A stretch of DNA of 64,000 nt from Thermoplasmatota archaeon (lineage in GTDB: Archaea; Thermoplasmatota; E2; DHVEG-1). Positions within the stretch are counted from its first letter, which is position 1. The number at the start of each line of letters is the position of its first letter. Below, piece by piece: positions 27,720 to 37,786 of the stretch. The notes under the pieces were generated by a model that was given only the letters and a program-made list of their open reading frames with translations, was not told the DNA's origin and made no database searches. Location: positions 5,635-69,634 of the forward strand of contig JALOTN010000006.1 of the NCBI GenBank assembly GCA_025457885.1, read 5' to 3'. The translations under genes were made by a program, and so were the position numbers.

Positions 27720-28616
27720 TTATCCGGAGAGGGTAATCTTCTTTCCACCTTTGAGTGCTTCTACGGATTGTTCTGCGACTTTCTCGAGTTTTTCGCTGTC
27801 CATGAGTTCCTTGCGTGCTTTGAGGTTCTGATTGCGGAGGATTTCCCGGTTTTCTTGGAAGCGTTGCATCCGTTCTTTTTTCACGGTCACAATCTTGGAT
27901 CGCATCTCGAGGGCTTTCTCATGGTTGCTTTGAGCTTCCTCTCTGACTTCGATGTATTTTTTATGTTTCTTATTGGCTTCACCGATGAGCGTGGCGATCT
28001 CATTGACTATTTTTTTGTATTCCTCATGTTTCTGTTGACTCTCATTGTAGTATTTCTGGACTTTTTCATGTTCTGTGTCTGCTTTTTTGAATAATTCTGT
28101 GATTGCTTTATCGGTGTCGGTAAGATCGACTTCTATGAGTTGTTGTTTTTCCATTTGTTTTTTTACTTCGTTGTATTCTTTTCGTTTTTGTTTGATGCGT
28201 TCGATCAGTTTGTTTTCCTTACGGGTGTCCAGGATGGTTGTCTCCTGTTCGTATTCCATCATTTGGATGTCTGCTTTGATTTCCTCTACTCGGAGCGGTA
28301 GGTTTTTTACGACATCCCCTTTTTTCTTTCGTTTCGCGTCAATAAGCTCTTTTGCCTGCTGTTGATACTGGTTCCTCTTCTCCTTGTGTTCCTTCATCTT
28401 TGCAACGAGTTTTTCCCGTTCTTTTTTGACTTTGTCCATGTCGGTTTTGAGTTCTTTGCGTTTATCATTGAGCATGTCTCGTTCGTCTCTGAACTGTTTT
28501 GCGACCTGGTTGAGCTCGTTACGCTTCTCGATGAGGCTTTGGTATTTCTTCTCTGCATTTTTTAGTTGCTCAAGGTCTTCTTTCTTTGTCGTTTCTTTAT
28601 CGCTCACAAGAGACAC
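27720..28616 (-). CDS. archaeal coiled-coil protein (COG1340-like), second paralog
   Basis: 298 aa heptad-repeat K/E-rich protein, same architecture as the 18020 gene. Confidence 0.45.
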   Translation of the reverse strand: MSLVSDKETTKKEDLEQLKNAEKKYQSLIEKRNELNQVAKQFRDERDMLNDKRKELKTDMDKVKKEREKLVAKMKEHKEKRNQYQQQAKELIDAKRKKKGDVVKNLPLRVEEIKADIQMMEYEQETTILDTRKENKLIERIKQKRKEYNEVKKQMEKQQLIEVDLTDTDKAITELFKKADTEHEKVQKYYNESQQKHEEYKKIVNEIATLIGEANKKHKKYIEVREEAQSNHEKALEMRSKIVTVKKERMQRFQENREILRNQNLKARKELMDSEKLEKVAEQSVEALKGGKKITLSG

Positions 28617-28657
28617 CCTTTTTCGAATACCGAATTATTCTCCCATTATAAGGTTTA

Positions 28658-31486
28658 CTACTGCTCTTTTACGCGTATCCGAACCTGGTTTTTACCTTTT
28701 TCCGCTATCCAGGGGATTTGGATATCAGCGATATTTCCAGCAGGCAGCGTGACTTCAACCTTGTTCTTCTGTTTTCCGTTGAGGTAGAAAAAGACTTTCA
28801 CGTTTCGTGCTGGGATGGTTCCATTGTTCGTCAGAGTAAAGGAGGTGATCACCTTTTCACCAGGGTTGAATGCTGTTGGCCAGTGGGACACGTTTTCGAG
28901 TGCAAGAAGGGTTGTTCCTTCTTTCATCGTGGTGACCAGATCGACGGATTCCTTCTTCTTTTTCCCGATTTTATTTGCAGACAGGGTCACTTGTGTCCAG
29001 TCTTTTGGTGCTGCAGCATCGGTGGGGGTGACGGTGACATGTATCGTTTTTGATGTTTTTCCTTCGAGTTCGACGGTGGTTGGTTCTATTGATAGTCCCC
29101 ATTTATTTTCTGGGCCGGTCTGGTGTGCAGATATTTCATAGGTCTGTGCTTTTTTAAAGGGGTTTTCAATGGTGATTTCGTAGTCGGCGTTTTGGGTTGA
29201 ATCGATTTCTTTAATCCGGTCTGTGCAGATGATTCGAACAGGTTTTGAGGTGAACACGATAGCTAGAATGATGATGAAGAATAAAATGATTACGACCAGG
29301 AGTATTAAAAGAACGTATTTTCCATCCTCAATGAAACCACCGCCGATAACATTGACCGTGATTTCGATGGTGGTGGTGGCCTCTGTGCTGCTGTCAGAGG
29401 TGACGGTGATGGTGATGGTGTCGGTTTTTTCGGTGGTGTTCTTGGGGACTTCGATGAGGACTTTGGCTTCGTTTGGTTTGCTGGTGTCCCCAATGCCGAG
29501 GTTTCTGATGGATTCTTGCGGGATGAGTTTCCAGTCGTTCTTGGATGCTACGGTGATGGTGTAGCTGTCGACATCATCAACTGCGCCCGTGTTTTTGTTT
29601 TTTACGACGAAGTAGAAGAAACGGTTTTCCCCTTTGCTGATGTTAATGGTGGGAGAGTACCCAAGTATTTCAACGTCATAGGTGATTGCTTCTTCGGAGA
29701 TTTCCCCCGTGACTGTTTGACGGGCGATACCGGTGTTTCCTGAAATTACGATTAATAGGTCGATGATGCTGCCGTAGGCTTCTTTGAGGGTATTGGTGGA
29801 ATTGACGTAGACCGGTATGAGTGCATAGCTTCCAGCGGAGACGCTGACTGAATCAGGCATTGAGAATGCCCATGCACCGGTTTTTCCCCGTTCAATGATG
29901 TGTACCTGTAGGGAATCTGCTTTTTTACTACTGATGTTAATGAGGTACTGTATGCTACCACCGGGGATGATTCTTCCTTCGGGGGGTGTGGTGGTGAAGC
30001 TATTTATCTGGATGTTTTGGGTCTCTTCGTATCGGACTCTGAGCAGTGAGGGGGATTGGCTGGATGGAGCTTGCAGATATAAGGGGGTGATAACAGTTTT
30101 AGTCCCATTGCTCAACGCGATCCCAAGGGAGAGTTTCGAACCATAGGTGATTTCTTTGTCCACCCCCGTGAAATTGAAAACAACGGGGATGATTTTCTTT
30201 CGCAGGAATCCTTGAAGGTCTTTCTTCGTGAGTTGTTTCTCGGAAGTAGCGATGGTGGTGTTTGTCTCATCATATAACGTAACGATAACACCGACTTTCA
30301 GAGGTATAAGACAAAGGGTTCTGGTGAAGTACAGCTCTGCGGTGACATCCTTGATTTTTAGGATCTTGTTTCGTTCCAATCCCTGATCGTTCGTCCAGAT
30401 GGTCGGGGTGGTGGTAATCTTGGCTTTTGAGGCATTCCCCTCTTGTTGTATGTCACTCATCAGTTGGTTGGAGCCTAGGTAGTAAATGCGGATGTCATCC
30501 TTGGAGATTTTTCCGGGGATGGAGACAGACGAGGGGTGTTGGGCGGAGTTGTAAATGAGGGAGGTGGACCGCATCGCGTTGATGATTTTTGCAAAATCCT
30601 CTGATGTGATGTTCGTGAGGGTTTCTTTGGCCATGGAGATGAGGTCTTTGATGGTTGTCCCAAGGGTTTGGAGTTTTGCTAGGTTGCTGCGGTTCTCAAG
30701 CCAGTTTCCTCGTTTCTCCCATCGAGCGAGGAACTTGTTTACATCGACGTATTTGGTGATTAGTGTGGGGAGAGTCTTGTTACTGGGGATGATTTCAACG
30801 CTGAAGAGGAGGCTGTCTCCCTGGGTGAGCGTGTTGGAGACATCAGGGATGGTTATCTGTTGTTTGTAGACGCCGCTGAAGAGTTTGGGCGTCAGCAGTT
30901 GGGTGGTGTTCGCTATTTTTTTGGGGATGGGAAAGGCTGATTCCATGTTGATGGTGTAGAGGGATACCGAGACTTGGTCCCGGAATTTCTTTAGGGTGAC
31001 ATCTGAGGAGAAAAACAGGTTGTAGACGATGTCTCCTGAGATGGTCACCGGTTCGGTCCCATTATACGTGTATCCTTCGACGACTCGGAGCGGATGTGGG
31101 AGGAAGAGTTCGAAGCCTTCGAAACCAGGGATTTCACTAAAGTTGAATTCGGGGAATAAAGCGAGGAGCCAGGAGGTGAACCAGACGAGGATTTCGTCGG
31201 TGTTCGGGCTGGGGATCGGGAGTCTTTTAGAGGCATTTACTATGAGAAGATCAGGGGGGTACTTAGAATCCTTTTGACTTGTCGGCGGGTATTCTGACAG
31301 GGTGATAAAGCCATATTCAGAATAGTTTTCATCTTCCATAAGTGAAAGAGCATTGGTGAAATAAAGAGTGGTTCGTCCGGTGGATTCTTCTGCTCTGACG
31401 GATGGATTCATAAATGCTGGAAAGAGGATTCCACTGAATAGGATGTATAGGACACAGAGTACTTGGAGCGCTTTGTGCGCTAGCAT
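28658..31486 (-). CDS. large cell-surface protein (942 aa): signal peptide, a predicted TM helix near residue 720, and a C-terminal CARDB-like domain
   Basis: Signal peptide VLCVLYILFSGILFPAFMNPSVRA. Hydrophobic helix LLILLVVIILFFIIILAIVF. C-terminal NVSHWPTAFNPGEKVITSFTLTNNGTIPARNVKVFFYLNG is CARDB-like. Thr-rich linker with many N-x-T/S sequons. Confidence 0.5.
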   Translation of the reverse strand: MLAHKALQVLCVLYILFSGILFPAFMNPSVRAEESTGRTTLYFTNALSLMEDENYSEYGFITLSEYPPTSQKDSKYPPDLLIVNASKRLPIPSPNTDEILVWFTSWLLALFPEFNFSEIPGFEGFELFLPHPLRVVEGYTYNGTEPVTISGDIVYNLFFSSDVTLKKFRDQVSVSLYTINMESAFPIPKKIANTTQLLTPKLFSGVYKQQITIPDVSNTLTQGDSLLFSVEIIPSNKTLPTLITKYVDVNKFLARWEKRGNWLENRSNLAKLQTLGTTIKDLISMAKETLTNITSEDFAKIINAMRSTSLIYNSAQHPSSVSIPGKISKDDIRIYYLGSNQLMSDIQQEGNASKAKITTTPTIWTNDQGLERNKILKIKDVTAELYFTRTLCLIPLKVGVIVTLYDETNTTIATSEKQLTKKDLQGFLRKKIIPVVFNFTGVDKEITYGSKLSLGIALSNGTKTVITPLYLQAPSSQSPSLLRVRYEETQNIQINSFTTTPPEGRIIPGGSIQYLINISSKKADSLQVHIIERGKTGAWAFSMPDSVSVSAGSYALIPVYVNSTNTLKEAYGSIIDLLIVISGNTGIARQTVTGEISEEAITYDVEILGYSPTINISKGENRFFYFVVKNKNTGAVDDVDSYTITVASKNDWKLIPQESIRNLGIGDTSKPNEAKVLIEVPKNTTEKTDTITITVTSDSSTEATTTIEITVNVIGGGFIEDGKYVLLILLVVIILFFIIILAIVFTSKPVRIICTDRIKEIDSTQNADYEITIENPFKKAQTYEISAHQTGPENKWGLSIEPTTVELEGKTSKTIHVTVTPTDAAAPKDWTQVTLSANKIGKKKKESVDLVTTMKEGTTLLALENVSHWPTAFNPGEKVITSFTLTNNGTIPARNVKVFFYLNGKQKNKVEVTLPAGNIADIQIPWIAEKGKNQVRIRVKEQ

Positions 31487-31646
31487 ATCTTCTCAACCTC
31501 GATAGTAACTATCTATCTTATTATTATATAAATCTTTGTTTACAACACTTACCATCTTTGTTAAATTATAATAAGATATATATTTAATAACATTATGGGT
31601 GCGGATTTCTCTGTAAAAACAGATGAAAATTTTGAAAAAAACGTCA

Positions 31647-33164
31647 TTAGAGCAACGGGGTTTTCCGTAACCAGTCAAGGTCACTGATATACAAACTACG
31701 GATATCTGTCAATCCATAACGAAGCATCGCAAGTCGCTCCAGGCCAAGTCCCCAGGCGAGCACCGGGTTTTTCACACCAACCGGTTCAGTCACCTCTGGT
31801 CTGAAGATACCACTGCCTCCCAGCTCCATCCATTTCCCGTTCCAGAACACCTCGACTTCCATGCTTGGTTCAGTATAGGGGAAATATCCAGGTCGGAACC
31901 TGATTTTCTCAAACCCCATCCGGCGATAAAACTCCTTAAGTATCCCAATCAACTGCTTGAAATTCGCTTTCTCCTCATAAATAATCCCTTCGATTTGGTA
32001 GAACTCTGGGAGATGGGTCGTATCAATATCCTCGTTCCTGAACACCCTTTCCAAAGAGAACACCTTGCAGGGAGGCTGCGGATGGTGATACAAGTATCTG
32101 ATCGTATTGACCGTCGTATGGGTACGGAGCAATGCACGTTCCCCCTCTGTTTTCGAAAAGGTGCTCCCCCAACCTGTCGACCCGGTAGTGCCCCCATTCT
32201 CATGGACCAAAGCAACCTCTTGAACCAGCTGTTGGTCCTGAATCGGTACACTTTTAGGGACTTTACAGTAAAAGGTATCCTGCATCTCACGAGCAGGGTG
32301 ATCCTGTGGGATGAACAGGACATCCATATTCCAGAAACAGGACTCAACATAATCCCCTTGTATCTCCTGAAACCCCATCTCCACGAAGATCTGACGAATC
32401 TCTGAGATCAAATGAACCAAGGGATGTGCTTTCCCACCATACACGGCGGGGGCAAACGCATGAATATCATAGGGTCTAATGGCCTTCTGCATCCATTCAT
32501 TGTTCTTGATGATTGCACTGGTGACCTGTGTGATTTCTTCCTGTATCTCAAAACCCTTCTCCAGGATCTTCTTTCCATCATCGGTTAAAATGATGACGCT
32601 GGTGATCAAGTCTTTTTCTTTGATGACGTTCTTACGTGACGCCAACGGTTTAATGGTATTTTTCTCGATTTCCTGCTCTGGATGCTCATGGAGCTGTTGG
32701 AGCAGGGTTTCTTCCGCGGTGACCTCAGAAAGAGCAGTTTTCCCTTTCTCCGTGATTTCAATGATGGTTTCTTGTTCCTTTTTTATCGTCGCCCAACCGT
32801 TGGTCTTCAGCCATCCGATGGCGACTGGGATTTCATCTCCGTCTAGGAACCCGGAGAGCTCCTTTAAAGACAGAATCCCATTTCTTTGCGATAACATCTG
32901 AAGCGCTCGTCGCTCCGGGAGACCTTTTTCAACAAACCGTTTCCCTTCTTTCCCCAGGGAATACACTGTTCTCATATGATTCTCGACCAGCACCAGTTTT
33001 TTCGACTGAAGCCAGGAGGATGCATTGGCAATCTCGACCTCTTGGGTGAACTGTCCGGTCCTGAAAATATCCGCCGGGGAGCCTTTCCCCTGCAGTGTTT
33101 TCAATGCAAGGAGCACTTTTTTTTCGCTGAGGGAAAGTTCCCTGATGCTTTTTTCTATCTCCAT
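31647..33164 (-). CDS. pheS: phenylalanine--tRNA ligase alpha subunit (archaeal PheS)
   Basis: 505 aa. Class II aaRS motifs FRNEDIDTTHLPEFYQIEG, FRPGYFPYTEPSMEV and GSGIFRPEV. Confidence 0.85.
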   Translation of the reverse strand: MEIEKSIRELSLSEKKVLLALKTLQGKGSPADIFRTGQFTQEVEIANASSWLQSKKLVLVENHMRTVYSLGKEGKRFVEKGLPERRALQMLSQRNGILSLKELSGFLDGDEIPVAIGWLKTNGWATIKKEQETIIEITEKGKTALSEVTAEETLLQQLHEHPEQEIEKNTIKPLASRKNVIKEKDLITSVIILTDDGKKILEKGFEIQEEITQVTSAIIKNNEWMQKAIRPYDIHAFAPAVYGGKAHPLVHLISEIRQIFVEMGFQEIQGDYVESCFWNMDVLFIPQDHPAREMQDTFYCKVPKSVPIQDQQLVQEVALVHENGGTTGSTGWGSTFSKTEGERALLRTHTTVNTIRYLYHHPQPPCKVFSLERVFRNEDIDTTHLPEFYQIEGIIYEEKANFKQLIGILKEFYRRMGFEKIRFRPGYFPYTEPSMEVEVFWNGKWMELGGSGIFRPEVTEPVGVKNPVLAWGLGLERLAMLRYGLTDIRSLYISDLDWLRKTPLL

Positions 33165-33273
33165 TAGAACCTGAAATTCACTTGCTACGTATTAAGATGT
33201 CGATACAGTTGTGGTGATGAGAAAAAATTATAAAACACTAGTCATTCATTGGTTCATCTATGGGGCGTATCCT

Positions 33274-33678
33274 ATGATTGGAAAGTTACCAGACGACATC
33301 TTACAGGCCATTTTAGAGACTATCCCTCTTGAATTTTCCGTGATTGATAAAAACGAAAAGGTTCTTGCATGGAATAAACACACGACCCGTATTTTCAAAC
33401 GACCCGAAGCTGTCGTTGGTCGGGATGTGCGCAACTGTCATCCAAAGAAAAGCCTTGGTAAGGTTGAACAGATACTTGAGGAGATGAAAGCAGGGAAACG
33501 AGAGAAAGCACGTTTCTACATCGATCTCTCATTGGGGCCGAACCAGGAGAAACAGAAAGTCCTGATTGAATATTATGCTTTACGGGATTCGAACGGGAAG
33601 TACTTGGGGTGTCTGGAAGCCTCGCAGAATATCGCGGAGCTGCAAAGGCTCTCTGGAGAAAAACGCTTAGTTGATTAG
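33274..33678 (+). CDS. small PAS-domain sensor protein
   Basis: ILQAILETIPLEFSVIDKNEKVLAWNKHTTRIFKRPEAVVGRDVRNCHP is PAS-like. The tool ORF begins at 33211; ATG 33274 is likely. Confidence 0.4.
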   Translation: MIGKLPDDILQAILETIPLEFSVIDKNEKVLAWNKHTTRIFKRPEAVVGRDVRNCHPKKSLGKVEQILEEMKAGKREKARFYIDLSLGPNQEKQKVLIEYYALRDSNGKYLGCLEASQNIAELQRLSGEKRLVD

Positions 33679-33959
33679 GGACGCAGCAGTATCTCAAGGT
33701 CCAAGAGGAACAGTTTTTGGATCCATTCCCTGCAGGATTGCTTGTGTTTTTCACGATTCCGGCCTTTTACGATCATATGAGTCCGATGCGGTAGCGGGAT
33801 GCAGATCATCCCATTGATGTGATGCATGTCGACGCTTCTGACATCATATCGAGGGAAGGGGTTGTCGAACAAGGGGAGATACCCAAGATTCCTTTTCTTG
33901 AACCGAGCTTTTCGATTTGCTTCGGGATACGTATATTTCTTCTTGGAATTTCTCCTCAT
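33675..33959 (-). CDS. hypothetical basic protein (94 aa)
   Basis: ORF only, Lys/Arg-rich. Convergent with the PAS gene with a 4-nt overlap. Lies directly upstream of the tRNA promoter region. Confidence 0.2.
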   Translation of the reverse strand: MRRNSKKKYTYPEANRKARFKKRNLGYLPLFDNPFPRYDVRSVDMHHINGMICIPLPHRTHMIVKGRNREKHKQSCREWIQKLFLLDLEILLRP

Positions 33960-34119
33960 TTACGTCCTCCTACCTTGTTCATCTAAGATGTGAAACATGT
34001 GCAATATCCATCCTCTCAATTATCCCGAATGTTGCAGGGGTGTATATATATGTATAATGAGGGTGATTGTAAGTATTACGTTTTTATAGAACGAGCGTAT
34101 TACCCCTTTTCAACACCCG

Positions 34120-34194
34120 GGGCCCGTAGCTTAGATCGGTTGGAGCAACCGGCTGATAACCGGTAGGTCGAGAGTTCAAATCTCTCCGGGCCCA
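34120..34194 (+). tRNA. tRNA-Ile (anticodon GAU)
   Basis: Cloverleaf read by eye. Acceptor GGGCCCG/CGGGCCC with discriminator A. D arm GCTT..AGC. Anticodon stem ACCGG/CCGGT with loop CTGATAA, so anticodon GAT. T arm GAGAG-TTCAAAT-CTCTC. No encoded CCA. AT-rich TATA-like sequence 30-75 nt upstream. Confidence 0.9.
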
Positions 34195-34283
34195 CTTTGC
34201 TATCTTACAATAAATGATCAGATGATTATCGTGCACCATTCGTCTTTTTTGCTATTATCTATCATATATAGCAAAATGTACTA

Positions 34284-35585
34284 TTAACAGTGGAAATAGT
34301 ACTTGTAATCCTGGTCTGTGATCTCGCCCATGTAATGATGCCATTCTTGTGTCTTTGTGTCAATGAACAGTTCTGCACCATCCCGCCCGATCGCATCCAT
34401 CAACACAGAATCTTGCTTGAACTCCTCTAAAGCCTCCATGAGGTTCGTGGGGAGCCGCTGGATGTTGTTCTCTTTTATCTCCTGGTCAGTCATTTTGTAA
34501 ATGTTCTTGGTGATCGGCTCGTAGTTGATTTTCTTTTTAATCCCGTCTAACCCTGCATGGGTCAATGCGGCAAACAACAGGTAGGGATTTGCTGCTGGGT
34601 CTGCATTGCGAACCTCAACATCCACATTCTTTTTCGAAGGGATCCGTATGAGACTGCTGCGGTTATGTGGCGCCCACGCAAGATAGATAGGTGCCTCATA
34701 ATGCGGAATGAGCCGTTTATAGGAATTCAACGTAGGATTAGCAATAGCAGCAATCCCCCGGGAATGACTCAGAATGCCTCCGATGAAATACCGGGCGGTC
34801 TGATTCAACCCGAACGGGTCGTTTTCATCAACAAACATATTTTTTCCTTTATTATATAACGCAATATGCGCATGCATACCACTCCCTGCCTCGTTGGAGA
34901 ATGGTTTAGGCATGAACGTGATATCAAAATTATACTGTGTCGCGATGTCACGTGCGATATATTTAAAGAAACAACAGAAATCAGCGGCTGGAATGGCATC
35001 TAAATCTGTTATTTCGATTTCATGTTGCGATTTACCTGACTCATGATGATGATATTTCACCTCACATCCACAGTCCATCAACGCATCAGACAGCTTCTTT
35101 CGATAATCCTTCGCATTATCCAATGGTGGAGCGATGAAATACCCCTGATTCTCCTTAATCTCTGTGAACTTACTTTCATTATGGTTAAACACATAAAACT
35201 CGATCTCTGGGGAGATAAGGATGCTGTCAAACCCCTGGTTCTTTGAAAGCTCCACTGCCCGCTGGAGGATATACCGCGGTCCCGCACGGTACAGGTTCCC
35301 CTCGACATCGAACAGGTTCGCACGGATCAATGCCTCCCCTTCAAGATGGGGGAGCACCAAAAATGTTTCAGGGTCAGGGACCGCTATCATGTCTGAGCGT
35401 TCCACCTTCCGGAACCCCACGGAGGATCCATCGAACCGGGAGCCTTTACACAAGAGATTTTCTCTTAAAAAACGCACCGCTGGAACATGAAAGACCCGCA
35501 GTCCCCCCATCAGGTCAGTGAAATGAATCTGAATCCATCGGATATGATGACTTTCGATTTCTTTTTTTATCTGTTGCTGGTTCAT
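34284..35585 (-). CDS. glnA: glutamine synthetase (type I)
   Basis: 433 aa. GS signature regions FMPKPFSNEAGSGMHAHIALY and NPTLNSYKRL, and the beta-grasp N-domain. Confidence 0.85.
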   Translation of the reverse strand: MNQQQIKKEIESHHIRWIQIHFTDLMGGLRVFHVPAVRFLRENLLCKGSRFDGSSVGFRKVERSDMIAVPDPETFLVLPHLEGEALIRANLFDVEGNLYRAGPRYILQRAVELSKNQGFDSILISPEIEFYVFNHNESKFTEIKENQGYFIAPPLDNAKDYRKKLSDALMDCGCEVKYHHHESGKSQHEIEITDLDAIPAADFCCFFKYIARDIATQYNFDITFMPKPFSNEAGSGMHAHIALYNKGKNMFVDENDPFGLNQTARYFIGGILSHSRGIAAIANPTLNSYKRLIPHYEAPIYLAWAPHNRSSLIRIPSKKNVDVEVRNADPAANPYLLFAALTHAGLDGIKKKINYEPITKNIYKMTDQEIKENNIQRLPTNLMEALEEFKQDSVLMDAIGRDGAELFIDTKTQEWHHYMGEITDQDYKYYFHC

Positions 35586-35686
35586 GCGGACATTGAAACA
35601 GTACGTATTATAAATTTTTTATGGATATGGATTTCTGAGCAAATAAAAAAAGGAAATAATCTGATTTCCCAAAATGAGACGAGAGA

Positions 35687-36514
35687 ATGCTGAAACGAAA
35701 CAAAATCCACCACATGGATTGCCTCAAGGGAATCCCCCAGCTTCAAGACGCTTCGATAGATGTGATTGTGACCTCCCCGCCGTATAACATCGGAAAACCC
35801 TATCGCTCATATAATGATATCCGGCCACGGGATGAATACCTGACGTGGATGGAGACTATTGCGGCACACTGCGTCTCAAAACTCAAAGAGAACGGGTCGT
35901 TTTTCCTCAACGTGGGGGGAAAACCAACCGATCCCTGGATTGCGTTGGATATCGCCAGCAGATTCCGGAGCCATTATCTTTTACAGAACACGATCCATTG
36001 GATTAAATCCATCGCTATTCCAAAAGAAGACGTCGGAGACTACCCAGCGATTACTGATGACATCGCCGTAGGTCATTACCAGCCGGTGAACAGCAATCGA
36101 TACCTAAGCAATTGCCATGAGTACATCTTTCATTTCACCAAAACCGGTGCTGTTCCCATTGACCCCCTCGCGATAGGGGTGAAATACCAGGATAAAACCA
36201 ATATTGGTCGTTGGAAGAAAGCATCACAAGACCTCCGGGGGCGAGGCAACACTTGGTTCATCCCCTATGAGACCATCCGCTCCGCACGAGCCCATCCAAC
36301 GTTTTACCCAACAAAACTCCCTGAAATGTGCATCCGGCTTCATGGGATCCAAAAAGACATGCTCGTACTCGACCCGTTTATGGGGACTGGTTCGACCGCG
36401 CTTGCATGTCACCAGCTTGGGGTGGATTTCCTCGGTTTTGAGATCGACAAAACATACGTAGAAATCGCAGAACACTCCCTCAAAGGACAAGAAAGAAAAC
36501 ACAAACATCTTTGA
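35687..36514 (+). CDS. DNA methyltransferase, beta-class amino-MTase (N4-cytosine or N6-adenine; PF01555-like), apparently orphan
   Basis: Motif [12 protein letters not shown] precedes motif [14 protein letters not shown] (beta-class order). [11 protein letters not shown] motif. No adjacent restriction endonuclease-like ORF. Confidence 0.8.
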   Translation: MLKRNKIHHMDCLKGIPQLQDASIDVIVTSPPYNIGKPYRSYNDIRPRDEYLTWMETIAAHCVSKLKENGSFFLNVGGKPTDPWIALDIASRFRSHYLLQNTIHWIKSIAIPKEDVGDYPAITDDIAVGHYQPVNSNRYLSNCHEYIFHFTKTGAVPIDPLAIGVKYQDKTNIGRWKKASQDLRGRGNTWFIPYETIRSARAHPTFYPTKLPEMCIRLHGIQKDMLVLDPFMGTGSTALACHQLGVDFLGFEIDKTYVEIAEHSLKGQERKHKHL

Positions 36515-36581
36515 TGAAACACATTGGTGTTGCAGAACCCTGTTGTTTTTAATACCTCCGTAGTATAGCAGGGACGTATCT

Positions 36582-37700
36582 ATGAAAAAAATCACCCGCT
36601 GGCTCCATGAAAGCTCCTACTGCGGAGCGCTCTCACCAGCCTGCCGCATGTGTGCAAAAGGATCAAAAATGGTCCTCCTCATCACCGGACAGTGTTCCAC
36701 GAACTGCTTCTACTGTCCCCTCAGCTTCAAAAAAGCAGGGACCGATAAGATTTTTGCTGACGAATGGGAACTGAATGACGAACACGACACAAAAAAACTC
36801 ATCAAGGAGGCGGAAAACATCGAAGCCTCTGGTGCAGGAATCACGGGAGGCGATCCACTCATCGTTTGGCAGCGAACAAAGACCTATATTGCGTTGTTAA
36901 AAGAAACATTTGGTGCATCATTCCACATCCACCTCTATACCTCCGCGCTGAAAAACCCAGAACACCTCACTGACCTTATTGCGGCAGGTCTTGATGAAGT
37001 CCGGTTCCACCCGCTCCCCCACACCTGGGCTCATATGCAGAAAAGCCCGATAAAAAAAACAATACAACGCATGGTTGATTCTTCCATCGATGTTGCAATC
37101 GAAATCCCGGTTCTCCCCAAGAAAGAAACAGACATCCTTTCATTGCTCACCTGGGCCAACGAACAAGGCGTTCAGTACATCAACCTAAATGAGCTAGAGT
37201 TCTCCGAACGAAACTGCGATGAATTCCTCAAAAAAGGATACCAGGTGAAAAATGCGATCTCCGCTGCAGTGAAAGGCAGCCAACAGACCGCTGCAATCAT
37301 CATGAAGAAAGCCCAACAAGAAAACCTACAAATCGGGATCCATTACTGCTCTGTCTCATTCAAGGATGGAGTCCAACTCAAGAATCGTCTTATCCGCAGA
37401 GCATCTCATATTGCGACACCCTACGATGTGATTACCGATGAAGGGACCCTCATAAAAGGAGTCATCTACCCAGAAGATCATTCGTTAGCCTCTCTGCTTT
37501 CCGTCTTACAAAAAACACAGATGCTTCCCTCTCGCTTGTTCCGACTTGATTACGAAAAAGAACGCATCGAGATCGCTGCATGGGTACTACAGAAAATCGC
37601 ACCAGCCCTCACCAAACAAGGATTCCGGTGCTTCATCGTCGAGGAATACCCCACCGCAGATCGACTTGAAGTAGAGCGTACACCACTGCCTGCTCGGTGA
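36582..37700 (+). CDS. radical SAM domain protein, family unassigned
   Basis: CxxxCxxC at [13 protein letters not shown], 38 aa from the N-terminus. Preceded by an extra Cys triad [11 protein letters not shown]. Glycine-rich GITGGDPL motif. Its stop overlaps the tool ORF that contains L7Ae. Confidence 0.6.
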   Translation: MKKITRWLHESSYCGALSPACRMCAKGSKMVLLITGQCSTNCFYCPLSFKKAGTDKIFADEWELNDEHDTKKLIKEAENIEASGAGITGGDPLIVWQRTKTYIALLKETFGASFHIHLYTSALKNPEHLTDLIAAGLDEVRFHPLPHTWAHMQKSPIKKTIQRMVDSSIDVAIEIPVLPKKETDILSLLTWANEQGVQYINLNELEFSERNCDEFLKKGYQVKNAISAAVKGSQQTAAIIMKKAQQENLQIGIHYCSVSFKDGVQLKNRLIRRASHIATPYDVITDEGTLIKGVIYPEDHSLASLLSVLQKTQMLPSRLFRLDYEKERIEIAAWVLQKIAPALTKQGFRCFIVEEYPTADRLEVERTPLPAR

Positions 37701-37786
37701 AAGGTTTTTATATAGGAGCTACATTCCCACCTTACCATTCCCTCAGGGATGGATTCGATGAAAGCTCTCAAAGGAGGCTAAAAAAA

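Noticed and set aside
29223-31277. Multiple plus-strand ORFs inside the 28658-31486 surface-protein gene
   Set aside because: Antisense to a long continuous ORF with signal peptide and recognisable domain, so likely spurious.
33960-36514. tRNA-Ile plus orphan MTase as an integrated mobile element
   Set aside because: No integrase, no obvious direct repeat of the tRNA 3-prime end, and the flanking genes are core housekeeping genes. Retained only as a low-probability remark in the MTase finding.
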